Below are positions 47,848-60,793 of a stretch of 64,000 nucleotides of DNA, piece after piece. Each line of letters starts with the position of its first letter. Position 1 is the stretch's first letter. A program made the translations under genes and the position numbers. The notes beneath the pieces are model-generated. The model ran no database searches, had not been told where the DNA came from, and saw only the letters and a program-made list of their open reading frames with translations. The stretch is from Scyliorhinus canicula. Its lineage: Eukaryota. The DNA is taken from positions 80,546,822-80,610,821 of the forward strand of contig NC_052158.1 of the NCBI RefSeq assembly GCF_902713615.1. Direction: 5' to 3'.

Positions 47848-50800
47848 TGTGGTGAATGTAACTTCGTAATTCACACTGTATTGTATATACATGAGACCAT
47901 GCATTTGTAAGCGCAGTTGCGTTGCCCGACCACTAGGGAGAGTAGCGCTGGGAATGCTTAGGAGTTTGTACAGGGCTCCACCCTTGGCTCCGCCCACGAC
48001 TCCTCCCCCGGACTGCTGTATAAATACCAATGCTCAGAGCCAGTCGTTCATGGAGAGTTCAACGCGGAACAGGCTGGTTCTGTTGTCAGTAGATTAAAAC
48101 CACTGTTCATATCTTAAAGCACATGTCTAGTGAATTGATGGTTCCATCAATTTAATCTACTTAAGAAACAGTCAGGATGAATCATGGAATCAGCCCTCAA
48201 GCCTGAGCGACTGGAACTCGACCCGCAGGATGCAGAGGCAAAATAATTTTTTTCTCATTGGCTGCAGTGTTTTAAAGCCTACCTGGCGGAAGCCAGCACA
48301 GCCGAAACAACAGAGGAGCAGAAACTGAGCCTACTGCACGCGAGGGTGAGCCACAGAATCTCTACTCAAATAAACTGCGCCGGTTCGTATACTGAAGCCC
48401 TAGTGCTACTCAACAAAATGTATGTAAGGCCTGTAAATGAGGTCTACGTGCGACGCTTGTTTACTACTCGCTGCCAGCGGCCTACGGAATTGCTCGCAGA
48501 ATTCCTGAGAGAGCTTAAAACTTTATCTAGTGACTGTAATTACCAGGCGGTTACCGCGGCAGAACATAACTTGCTGTACGCGATGCCTTTGTTGCGGGCC
48601 TTAGGTCAAATTACGTGCATCAACAACTGCTGGAAAATGGGGCCCTAAATCTTGAAGCGACTGTTGAACTTGCTACCACTATGGAGGTCTCCTTCCGCAG
48701 CCTCACCTCGTTCCCTGCGGATCCCGCGACCCCGTCATGGGCCCTCGATCAGCGACTCACCCAGTCCAGCGCCGTGTGGCCGCCCAGCCACAATGCTGCC
48801 CCAGCCTGCCACTTTTGCGGCCAGAATCAGCACTCGCGGCAGCACTGCCCGGCCCGCAACGCGACCTGCAGCAGCTGCGGGCGAAAAGGACACTATGCCA
48901 GAGTGTGTCTGGCGAAGAAAGACCCAGCCTCTAACCCTCCCATGGCTCAAAGCACTCGTTCCCTGAATTCACAGGCCCGCAGGCCCCGAAATGCTGCAGC
49001 CTGTATGTCGACTCTGCCCCCACCCGACATGTGCGACTCATGGGGGCGGCCATCTTGGCAATCCTCCTCCATGCGGCCGGCCATGTGCGACTCATGGGGC
49101 AGCCATCTTGGCAATCCTCCTCCATGCGGCCGGCCATGTGCGACTCATGGGGGCGGCCATCTTGGGATCCATCCCCTTCAAACTCTGAAACTCACCTCGA
49201 CGACTACGAACTCAGACGGCAGTCATCACGGGGCCACTCCAGCACAGCTGATCGAGCCGCCGACGACCCGCAACTCAGCGCAGTCACTCTGGACCAATCG
49301 CGCACGAAGCATCTGCGAAACTCGATGGCGACGGTCCAAATTAATGGGTACAGCACGCCGTGCCTTTTCGACTCCGGGAGCACTGAGAGCTTCATACACC
49401 CAGATCTGGTAAGACGCTGTTCGCTCCCCGTTTTCCCCATGCAGGCAAACTATCTCCCTCGCTTCGGGCTCCCACTCTGTCCAGATCCAAGGGTGCACCC
49501 CTGCGACGCTCACAATCCAAGGCGCTAGCTATGCCAAATTCCAGCTCTACGTTCTGCCCGAACTCTGCGCCCCACTCTTATTAGGCATTGATTTCCAGTG
49601 TAATCTCAAGAATCTCACCCTCAGTTTCGGCGGACCCCTACCCCCACTCACTATCTGCAGCCTAGTCATGTTGCGAATCTCCCCCCCCTCCTCTCTTTGC
49701 CAACCTCACCCCGGACTGTAAACCCGTAGCCACTTGCAGCAGGCGGTACAGCCTGCAGGATAGGGTGTTCATCCGGTCGGAGGTCCGAAGGCTCCTCAGT
49801 GAGGGGATTATAGAGGCCAACAACAGCCCCTGGAGAGCTCAGGTGGTGGTTGTCAAGACCGGGGAAATTTTCAGCATGGTCGTAGACTATAGTCAGGCCA
49901 TTAATAGGTTTACGCTCCTCGATGCGTACCCCCTCCCCAGGATTGCAGACATGGTGAATCAGATAACCCAGTATCGTATTTTCTCCACGGTGGATCTGAA
50001 GTCTGCATACCACCAGCTCCCAATCCGCCTGGAGGACCGCCAATACACGGCATTCGAGGCCGATGGCCGCCTCTTCCATTTCCTCCAGGTTCCTTCGGCG
50101 TCACTAATGGGGTTTTGGTGTTCCAATGAGCAATGGACCGATTGGTGGACCAGTACAGGCTGCGGGCCACGTTCCCGTGCTTGGATAACGTTACCTTCTA
50201 CGGCTATGATCAGCAGGACCACGACCCCAACCTCTACCGTTTTCTCCAGACGGCTCAGACACTAAACCTCACCTATAACAAGGAGAAATGCATTTTCCGC
50301 ATGACCAGACTAGCCGTCCTCGGCTATGTCGTGGAAAACGGAGTCCTGGATCCCGACCAGGACCATATGCGCCCCCTCTTAGAACTCCCTCTCCCTCACT
50401 ATCCCAAGGCCTTCAAATGGTGCTTGGGATTCTTTTCGTATTACGCCCAGTGGGTCCCTCAATATGCGGACAAAGCCCGCCCACTCTTTAAGGCCACACG
50501 ATTTCCCCTGTCAGCTGAGGCGCGCCAGGCCTTCAACTGCATCAAGGAGGACATCGCCAAAGCGGCCATGTGGGCGGTGGATGAATCCACCCCCTTTCAG
50601 GTTGAGAGCAACGCCTCAGAGGTAGCTCTTGCAGCCACATTAAATCAGGCAGGGAGACCAGTCACATTCTTCTCCCGTACCCTCTCCGCTTCGGAACTCC
50701 GACACTCGGCAGTCGAAAAAGAAGCACAAGCCATTGTGGAGGCTATTCGTCACTGGAGGCACTACCTCACAGGTAGGAGGTTCACCCTTATCACCGACCA

Positions 50801-52524
50801 AAGATTGGTTGCCTTCATGTTTGACAACTCGCAAAGGGGCAAGATTAAAAACGATAAAATCCTGCGGTGGAGGATCGAACACTCCACCTATAGCTACGAT
50901 ATTAAGTATCGACCGGGGAAGCTCAACGAGCCCCCAGGTGCCCTATCCCGCGGGACGTGTGCAGCGCGCAGATCGATCGCCTGAAAATCATCCACAACGA
51001 CCTCTGCCACCTGGGGGTCAACCGGCTCGCCCACTACATCAAAGCCCAAAATCTGCCTTTCTCCACTGAGGAGGTAAAAGCCGTCACCAGAGACTGCCCG
51101 ATCTGTGCGGAGTACAAACCGCACTTTTTTTAGACCAGACAGGGCCCACCTGGTCAAGGCTTCTAGGCCCTTTGAACGCCTCACGGTCGATTTCAAAGGG
51201 CCACTCCCCTCAACTAACAGGAGCGTTTACTTCTTAAACGTCATAGATGAGTTCTCCCGCTTCCCATTTGCTATTCCGTGCCCCGACATGACCTCCCACA
51301 CAGTCATTAGAGTCCTGCATAGTATCTTCACCCTGTTTGGTTTCCCCAGCTATGTGCACAGCGACCGGGGTGCGTCCTTCATGAGCGACGAGCTGCGTCA
51401 GTACCTGCTCGACAAGGGCATCGCCTTGAACAGGACTATCAGCTACAACCCCAGGGGGAACGGGCAGGTGGAGAGGGAGAATGCGACGGTCTGGAAGACC
51501 GTCCTACTGACCCTCCGGTCCAGGAATCTCCAAGTCTCCCATTGGCAGGAAGTCCTCCCAGATGTGCTCCACGCTGTTAGATCCCTCTTATGCACAGCGA
51601 CCAATCAGACCCCTCACGAGAGGCTCTTCATTTGTTCCAGGGGCACTACCACGGGGGTCTCACTCCCGGCATGGCTGAAGACACCGGGCCCTGTACTCCT
51701 GAGGAAGCACGTCAGGGCGCACAAAACCGACCCCCTTGGTGAGAAGGTGCGCCTGCTTCACTCCAACCCCCAGTACGCCTTCGTCGAGTTCCCCGACGGC
51801 CGTCAGGACACCGTATCCCTCCGGGACCTTGCACCCGCCGGGTCCAGCAACCCCTCTATCACTACAGATGCACCCCTCACCCTACACCCCATCCTGCCAC
51901 CCCCTCGGGCTCCTGGGCCCACTAGCTCGCTGCATCGGTTCCGCGCAACCCAGCCACCCCCTCGCGCTCCCGAGCCCACTAGCTCGCTCCACTTGTTCCG
52001 CGTGCCCGCACCGGCTAACCCCCAGCGCCCTCAGTCCCCAGTCGAACCAGACGGGTATGGAGCTCGGACGAAATCTTCCCTGGAGTCCGCCATCGTACCC
52101 CAACCCACAACACCCGTCCAGCCACCGCAAGAGGCTGCAACCCCGGTGCTCCGCAGATTGCAGCGGACAGTCCGACCACCGGACAGACTCAATTTATGAA
52201 CCACCACCCCTGCCGGACCTGATTTTTTTGTAGGGGTGAATGTGGTGAATGTAACTCCGTATTTCACACTGTATTGTATATACCTGAGACCATGCATTTG
52301 TAAGCGCAGTTGCGTTGCCTGACCACTAGGGGAAGTAGCTCTGGGAATGCTTAGGAGTTTGTACAGGGCTGCACCCATGACTCCTCCCCCTGGACTGCCG
52401 TATAAATGCCAATGCTCAGAGTTCATCGAGAGTTCGACGTGGAACAGGCTGGCTCGGTTGTAAGTAGATTAAAACCACTGTTCATATCTTAAAGCACGTG
52501 TCTAGTGAATTGATGGTTCCATCA
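47848..52524 (+). mobile_element. Full-length but frameshifted Ty3/Gypsy (Mag-like) LTR retrotransposon
   Basis: LTRs 47848-48149 and 52241-52524 (TG..CA), 5-bp TSD AAACC, PPT-like AGGGGTGAA. Gag starts at ATG 48184 and has a double CCHC knuckle, followed by protease LFDSGS, RT, RNase H and integrase (VDFKGP, HSDRG, NGQVER) ending at 52199. Inserted into a SINE. Confidence 0.96.
49028..49163 (+). repeat. ~54-bp tandem repeat (2.5 copies) in Gypsy gag-protease spacer
   Basis: catgtgcgactcatgggggcggccatcttggcaatcctcctccatgcggccggc; copy 2 is 53 bp, causing a frameshift. Confidence 0.92.
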
Positions 52525-53319
52525 AAACCCATCTGGTTCACTAATGTCCTTCAGAGAAGTAAATCTGCCATCCTCACCTGGTCTGGCCTACATGTGAAGC
52601 CAGATCCACAGTGTTTGACTCCAATGAATGGGCAACAAGTGCTGCCCTTGCCAGTGACATCCCCACCCCATGAAAACAATAAAGAAGATGTGAACGGAGC
52701 ACCTTTGCAAATCTTCTTCTAGCATTAATTTGAACCCCTGCACAAACCTTTTGTCATTGCTGGTTTTTGCACCAAAAGTTATTTTTGAAGCTTTTTTCAA
52801 ATTTAAACAATTAAACACAAATTTAAATGTACAATGATTAAAACATCTGGCTCCTCGAGTGCATCTATTTTTGAGGCAGCTACATCTGGTGAGATGAAGA
52901 CACAACTCTCACTCGCACAATTTGTCATGCAGTGATATACTTTGCAAATTACTGTATCATTGAATTTAGTGTCCATGCCCTTTGCTTGACGTTGCTAAAT
53001 TATGAACAAAAACTGAAGGAGGAACAGGGGTGACAGGGTTTGCAAACATCTTCTATTTTTATAAGTTTGCTTATTTTGAGGAGTTATCTTTTTTGCTTAA
53101 CAAAGCTCCCCAAATGCATTATGTTCAGATTTGTATTTAGTTATCAGCAAAAACGTTTCAAATGCTGCTGTTAAATTATATTTACAGAAAAATGTTACTA
53201 AAGCGCACATCGAGATATATATATATGATGTACATAATGTTTATAAAGAGATGTGTATGTGCAGAAATGTAACTAACAAACGAGCCCACAGAACCTGCTG
53301 GTGTTTCCTCTACAGGTGC

Positions 53320-53565
<246 letters not shown>

Positions 53566-53696
53566 TGAACGTAGTACAACCTTCCCCAGGTGTCGCGGGG
53601 ATGCTATAGGAGATAATTTAATCGTGGGCCAAGGCAGAGGGATAGGAGGAGAGGCGAGCGGGTGAAGAGGGAGGGAGGGAGAGAGAGGGAGACCAG

Positions 53697-54371
53697 GGGT
53701 GCGATTCTCCGCCCCCAACGCCGGGTCGGAGAATAGGGGAGGGCCTCCTGACATTTTTCACGCCCTCCTGCTATTCCCCCCCCCCCCCCCCAACGCCCGA
53801 CCCACGCGACGAATTGCCGCTCGCCGTAAAAAACGATTCTCCAAGGCCGATGGGCCGAGTGGCCAGGCCTTCACGACCGTTTCACCACGGCAGCAAACAC
53901 ACCTCGCTGCTGTCGTGAAACGGGTGCCAGATGCCCGTTTGGGGCATCTGGGGGCCTGATTGGCATGGGAGCAACACGACTGTGCTCGGGAGGGGATAGG
54001 CCTGCGATCGGTGCCCACCGATCGTCGGGCCAGCGTCCAAAACTGACGCACTCTTTCCCCTCCGCCGCCCGGCAAGATCAAGTAGCCACGTCTTGCCGGG
54101 CGGCTGAGGAGAAAGACGCCATCTGCGCATGCGCGGGTTGGTGTTGTCCAACCTGGTCGTGCGCGGCTGATGTCATCGGCCGCGTCAGCCGGCGTGATGC
54201 TTGATGTGCAGCTTTGACGACCGCCGTCAAGGCCGTGACGCACGGGGCCGCGCTCCTAGCCCCGCCCGGGGGGGAGAATCGGCCCCGGAAGTGGCCGTGA
54301 AGGCTGCCGTGGGTCACGGCCTGTCCCACAGCAACCTTTACGATTCTCCACATTTGCGGAGAATCTCGCCC
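53697..54371. mobile_element. GC/CpG-rich Harbinger-type MITE in COPS9 intron 1
   Basis: TIRs GGGTGCGATTCTCC / GGAGAATCTCGCCC, perfect 3-bp TSD CAG. Confidence 0.88.
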
Positions 54372-55130
54372 CAGGTATTTGAAGGCATAGCTCGCAATGG
54401 TGAAGTGATTAAAATCGGGGATGCACAAGAGGCCAGAATTAGAGCAGTGCAGAGATCTCGCAGGGTTGGAGGGGAAGGTGAACCAACCGCCCCATATATA
54501 TATATATATATATAAATAAATATATCCAAGTCCGCTGGACCCTTTTCCAGGTTTGTTCGGTGCCAGGACGCTGTTCGTCCCATAATTGGGTCGTTTAAGT
54601 TGGGTCCACACGGAGTGCCAGATTTCCTTGGGTTTGCATTGCACTCTCAGCCTGGGCAACCCTCCCACCCGCTCCCAAAGCTCCCACAGACCCCCCCCCC
54701 CCCCCCCCCATGGCACACTGCCCCTTAACGTTCTCCACAAGAGTTGATCGCGCTGGTTGTGGAGCTGAGAGAATCTACAGAGGTTGGGAGAGGGATTTGA
54801 ACATAAAAAGAAGAGTTTCAAAATTTGAAGCGTCGCTCAATCGGGGAATGTAGGTCAGCGAATGCAGAGGTAATGGGGTGAATGGGGCTTAATGTGAATT
54901 AGGACATGGGAAGCAGAATTTTGGATGAGCTCAAGGAGGGTGGGACATCAATGACCAGAAGATACAACATTTGAATCAACAGTCAGATGAACTTGAAACT
55001 GGATGGAACAGGCAAGAAACTAAGGTGGAAGTAGGTGCTCTTGGTGGTGGGGCAGATGAGCGATTGGATTATTTTGGGGTTAGATAGGAAGCTAAGGTTG
55101 CAAACAGTTTTATTCTATTTTTAAATTTTT

Positions 55131-55346
55131 ATAAATTTAGAGTACCCAATTATTTTTTCCAATTAAGGGGCAATTTAGCGTGGCCATTTCACCTAACCTG
55201 CACATCTTTGGTTTGTGGGGGCGAACCCACGCAGACACGGGGAGAATGTGCAAGCTCCGCACGGACAGTAACCCAGGGCCGGGATTCGAACCCGGGTCCT
55301 CAGCGCCATAGGCAGCAATGCTAACCACTGTGCCACCGTGCTGCCC
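55131..55346 (-). mobile_element. short V-SINE, tail type B (also 7672-7893, 33491-33717, 35050-35240, minus)
   Basis: Reverse complement of the type-B consensus. Confidence 0.9.
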
Positions 55347-57453
55347 TGATTTATTCTTAGAGAGTTGTAGACAGAGAGGTTAAGTCAGTGGCTGGCGAAT
55401 AGATTTTGTGTCAGGAACTGAAGACGATAACTTTGGTTTTCCCAGTGTTTTTAGTTTGAGGAGATATCTGTTCAACCAAAACTAGATGTTGCATAAGTAG
55501 TGCAGCAAGTCAGAAGTAGTGGAAGGGTCAAGAGACGGTGGTGCCGTGGGGCTAAGTCAAAGGGAAGAAGTCATGTTTCAGTTATGCAGAGCTTTGATTG
55601 CATGCCATCTGGAGTCCTGTGTTCCGTTCTGGGCATTGTACCTGAGGATGAGGGTACAAGCCTTGGTGAAGGTATAGTGCAAAATGCTTAGAGCTGAAAG
55701 TTATAAATTATGAGACCAAATTGCATACATTTGCTACATTGCATACAATGATAATGGATTCCATAGAATACATACCCAACAATTATTTCCTCTGGAGAAT
55801 AAAGAACAAAGGAGCACAATTTTAAAATTAGAGGCAGGTTATTTACGAATGCGGAAAGGATCCATCAAAAGTCTGGATGCTGAGCCAGTTGGAGTTTTCA
55901 AATCTGAGATTTATAGATTTCTGTCAGTTAAGGGAATCAAGGGATACAGACAAACTATAGATAAATGGCATTGTGTTGCAGATCGACCATGATTAAATTG
56001 AATAACTGAACAGACTCGAGGGGATGAATGGCCTATTCTTGTCCCTCTTGCAGTGAAACTTCCAATTCTTGTACTTTCTTTTGCCAAAGGTTTTGCAAAT
56101 TAGCTCCTGGCACGATTATCTTTTGATATTCATGATCTTTCTTCTTTCCTTGGCTTTTAAATCAACATAAATATTTATTTGTTATTGATACTACACTTCT
56201 TCGTTCTCATTCACTCAATATGCAAGGCTAGAATCGTGGGGGGCTGTTGATGGTCATCTGTCCGAAGGTCCATTTGCAGTTTGGTGTGAAATGTTACTAC
56301 ATAACACTTCTGTAAAGCACCTTGTGACATTTTATTAAAGTAAAAGCACTTTAGAATTTATTGGGATATTAAGGGGAAGATAGTGCCCTCAGGGTAATAT
56401 TACTGAACTAGTAGCCCAGAGGTTCAGGCTAATGCTCGGGGCGGCATGAGTTAAAATCCCACCGTGGCAGCTGGTGGAATTTAAATTCAATTGATAAATC
56501 TGGAATTAAAAGCTTGTCTCAGTAATGGTGACCAAGGCAACGATTATCGATTGTTGTAGAAACCCATCTGGTTCATAAATGTCCTTTAGGGAAGGAAAGT
56601 CCATCCTTACCTGGTCTGGCCTACATGTGATTCCAGACACATGACAATGTGGATGCCTTTTAATTGCCGTCTGAAGTTGCCTAAAAGCCATTTAGTTGAA
56701 GGGCAGTTAGAGGTGAGCAACAAATTCTGCCCACATTCCATGAAAGAATAAGGAAATAAATGCAAGTTAGTGTTATGCATGTTTTTCTACACTTATGGAT
56801 TGTTGAAGGTTATTTTATATTTTCTCTCCTTACTCCCAACTCAACAGGTGCACAGTCTGTTTTCTACTATAAGAATATAGGTGAACACCGTCTTTTCAAT
56901 GCTTGCAATGCAATAACAAAGTCAGGAATTTGCTGTTCTGCAATGTTAAGTCTAGCACCTATTATTCTTCAGAGTTGTTTCCTATATTTGAGTATTATTT
57001 TTCATATTTTAATGTTTCACTTGCAGTAAGGCAACAAATTATACTAGAATCTGATTCTACAAGCAGTACTCCAGTGCGTTGCTCAAAAGGATATTCTTCA
57101 TGTGAGTCTAGACAGGGTGTTTTCACAGATTGATCATGAGCTCAACATAGCCTGGCCAATCCCTAGTCCTCACCCAATGGGTACTTTCCAAGGGAACTCA
57201 GGAGGAGAAACCATGACTGAATTTTTTTTTCTTCTTTTTGTTAATTTATAGCTTTCTATTGCTGCCACTGTTTAGTTCAACTAGCTCAGTGAAAACTGAT
57301 GATTAAATCTGGAGTTCTATATATTGTTAATCATTATTTATAATTCATTGAGAGAATGTAGGCTTCGCTACTTTTCGAAGATCAAATGCTTAACACTCTT
57401 TGAACCCCATAAAATATCTTTAAATAACTGGAGTCTTTTTGTTTATTTTTCAG

Positions 57454-57526
57454 GCAGGGGGAAGTTCAGGACTTCTAATGGATCTTGCAGCTAATGAGAA
57501 AGCAGTCCATGCAGATTTCTTTAATG
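57454..57526 (+). CDS. COPS9: COP9 signalosome subunit 9, coding exon 2
   Basis: tttttcag|[25 protein letters not shown]|gtgagg. The acidic exon 3 (DFEDLFDDDD..) was not found in the window. Confidence 0.97.
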
Positions 57527-59216
57527 GTGAGGTATTCTTCAGTAACTTAGACTACTTAGGCAGCATGGTAGCACAGCGGTTAGCACTGTTGCCTCACATT
57601 GCTGAGGACTGGGGTTTGATCCTGCCCCCTGGTCACTGTCTGTGTGGAGTTTGACCATTTTTCCTGTGTCTGTGTGGGTCTCACCCCCACAACCCAAAAA
57701 GATGCCCAGCCAAGTGAATTGGCCATGCTAAATTGTCCTTTAATTGGAAAAACAGTTATTGGACACTCTAAATTTAAAAAGCTTCTTGGACTATTTCAAG
57801 CACTCAGCCTTTTTATTACAAACTTATAGTGGCTGTCTGAGTAATCTCTGTTTTAATTAGGCAACATCTTTACATGCAAAAGGTGCTGAGGTTTGAGCTC
57901 TCCCACAAACGTAACTTGATGTTAGATCAGTTGTTATGTTTAATACTTTTGATGAACAAAAATCTATCAGTCTCGAGTTTAAAGGAAAAGAAACGTAAAC
58001 CGGTGGAAATACTTAGTTTGGATAGAATCTGTAGAGTAAAACATTTAACGTTTCAGGTCGTAACTGCCCTTCACCAGCAGTGTCTTGCTATTGTGTAGAT
58101 TTAAAGAATGCGGGTATATAGAATTCGTTAGTAGATCAGCCATGATCTTATTGAATGGAGGAACAGGTTCAAGGAGCTGAAAGGCTTCTTCTTGTTCCTT
58201 TGTTCCAAATTGTCTTGAGGGATTCATTTTCATTCTTCAGAGACACTTTCTACCTACCATACGCACTAATGTGTCCTCTAGATAGAGCTATATAGCTCTA
58301 ATACTTGTCACGCATTGCATTTGGTTCTTGAGATCTAGCTCCAACAGTTTTGATCTGCTGAAGAAATGATTCTTCAGTTACATAAATCATTTTCTTTGTT
58401 TTCAGCGTTTTGTCATCTGTTTCATCTTTTCTCAAATCCTCTGTCATCATAATTCTTGCGCGAAATCTTCTTCATGTTTTCCACTTTTCTATACTTCAAA
58501 ATCTAGTTTGTGCTGCCCAGGATTATTGCAAAAATTGGATTCAAGTTGATCATTTTTAATCTGAGTTATTGCTTTTTCCACTCCCATCATCTGTTTTGAC
58601 GGGAAATGTAACAATTGCAGAAAGTACAAGAACAAAACTTCAGGTGAAGTTATCTGAATAGTCTTACATTGCTTACAAATCAGCCCTTTTAAAGAGTGAG
58701 TCATTTACCCCTGTCAGTACCTTATTTAAAAGAATATAAAATATTTTTATAAAATGTCTACAGTAAAAATAACGGCCAACTGAAAGAGAAGTAAAACTTA
58801 TTAATGTCTACAGAGTGACCTTTTAATATTTATTTTGATTTCCTGGCTGATCAATGGAATTTGCTTTTTGTGTTATTTTCCATCAAATGGCACTTTTTGT
58901 TTGAACAATCACTGTGCACAATGGACCGGTGGGATAGTTTCTCAGTGCAACTATGAGCTGGGATGTTTCGCTGCTGTTAGCATTGCATACAGCTAGGGGG
59001 CAGCTGTTGTTAGTTGTAGTCAAGAATTTGTGCACTGGAAAAGGAGTTAAGACTGATTTAGGATCTGACGATTTAAAGAATTTGTGTTTCAAATATACAT
59101 TGTGTATATTTGATGAAGGTCTGCTAGATATCGGGCACCCATTTCCCAAATCTGGTACCCCAAGGCTAGATACGTGGCAATGTGCTGAGTAGAACTTAAT
59201 CTGCTGAGCACTTAAC

Positions 59217-59218
<2 letters not shown>

Positions 59219-59252
<34 letters not shown>
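59219..59252. repeat. poly-C homopolymer (others near 38126, 54692, 53776; poly-G 26273)
   Basis: Seen directly. Confidence 0.9.
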
Positions 59253-59255
<3 letters not shown>

Positions 59256-60060
59256 CCCCCCAACACCAAAACATAATGAAAAATGAAATGAAAAATGAAA
59301 ATCGCTTATTGTCACGAGTAGGCTTCAATGAAGTTACTGTGAAAAGCCCCTAGTCGCCACATTCCGGCGCCTGTTCGGGGAGGCTAGTACGGGAATCGAA
59401 CCGTGCTGCTGGCCTGCCTTGATCTGCTTTAAAAGCCAGCGATTTAACCCAGTGTGCTAAACAGCCCCTAATGAACTCCCCCGTAACATTTCTTTCTCTT
59501 GCTACATCTGAGCTCTCTGTATAAAACGTCTAAAACTGAGTCAAACTTACATGACAAAATCATTGCGTTTGCATTGTGTTCATACAGTACTTTGATGTTT
59601 TACTGATATGCTTTGAGTACCAGTTATGTGTCAGTGCTCATGATCTGTGGGAAACTGGGTGAAGTTATCCCTCCGCCCTCCCCACCAAGCCCATTCGAAG
59701 CAGAGCCTTTAAATAGTCATAAGAATAGTAGATTAGGATTTAGTTTTATATCAAGACTTTACCTGTCAAGTGCTTAAGTTCATTCTTGCCACGTAAACCA
59801 ATTAAGCAGGCACATTTAACTCCACTTAACCCAAAATATTGAAGATTGAAAAGGACAAAGTTAAATGTACTATAACTACAATGTTACACTGCATCTATAG
59901 TCCAGAATACTAGACATGGCAGTGCAATTTCACAAACAAAATATGGATGTAATTTGCTAAAACACAAACTACGTTTGATTTAACATAGGAAGACTATTCA
60001 GAATCCTATTATCACAGCCTTAACTTATCATAACATGGGTAATTTTGAAGATTAAAATAT

Positions 60061-60793
60061 GTGTTTGATGCAGTTGATGTGGTGTATATGGATTTCAGTA
60101 AAGCGTTTGATAAGGTTCCCCACGGTAGGCTATTGCAGAAAATACCGAGGCATGGGATTCAGGGTGATTTAGCAGTTTGGATCAGAAATTGGCTAGCTGA
60201 TAGAAGACAAAGGGTGGTGGTTGATGGGAAAAGGTTTCAGAGCTATGAGGTCATGTTGCAGTTGGAGTATTGCGTGCAGTTCTGGTTGCCACATTATAGG
60301 AAGGATGTGGAGCATTGGCAAGGGTACTGAGGAGATTTATACTGAGGAGATTTACAAGGATGTTGCCTGGTATGGAGGGGAGATCGTATGAGGAAAGGCT
60401 GAAGGACTTGAGGCTGTTTATGTTAGAGAGAAGGTTAAGAAGTGACTTAATTGAGGTATACAAGATGATCAGAGAATTAGATAGGGTGGACATTGAGAGC
60501 CTTTATCCTCGGATGGTGATGTCCAGCAGGAGGGGACATAGCTTTAAATTGAGGGGAGATAGATATAGGACAGATGTCAGAGGTAGGTTCTTTACTCAGA
60601 GAGTAGTAAGGGCGTGGAATGCCCTGCCTGCAACAGTAGTGGACTCACCAACACTAAATGCATTCAAATGGTCATTGGATAGGCATATGGACGATAAGGG
60701 AATAGTGTAGAGGGACTTTAGAGGGGTTTCATAGGACGGCGCAACATCGAGGGTCGAAGGGCCTGTACTGCGCTGTAATGTTCTATGTTCTAT
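60061..60793 (+). mobile_element. CR1/HER1 LINE fragment with internal deletions
   Basis: [17 protein letters not shown] and a 3' region very similar to 22340-22810; TTCTATG tail. Confidence 0.93.

Noticed and set aside
49028-49163. Direct repeats as a CRISPR-like array
   Set aside because: Head-to-tail tandem units with no unique spacers, inside a retrotransposon, in eukaryotic DNA.
53699-54821. Many overlapping long GC-rich ORFs (also 38542-39093, 45925-47013)
   Set aside because: Stop-poor GC-rich MITE/transposon DNA; no recognisable domains.
59219-59252. Poly-C/G tracts as functional G-quadruplex elements
   Set aside because: Mostly within or next to repeats, and homopolymer length is unreliable in assemblies.
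60040-60060. ATTTTGAAGAT resembling the start of COPS9 exon 3 (DFED)
   Set aside because: No AG acceptor and followed by TAA; the true exon probably lies beyond 64000.
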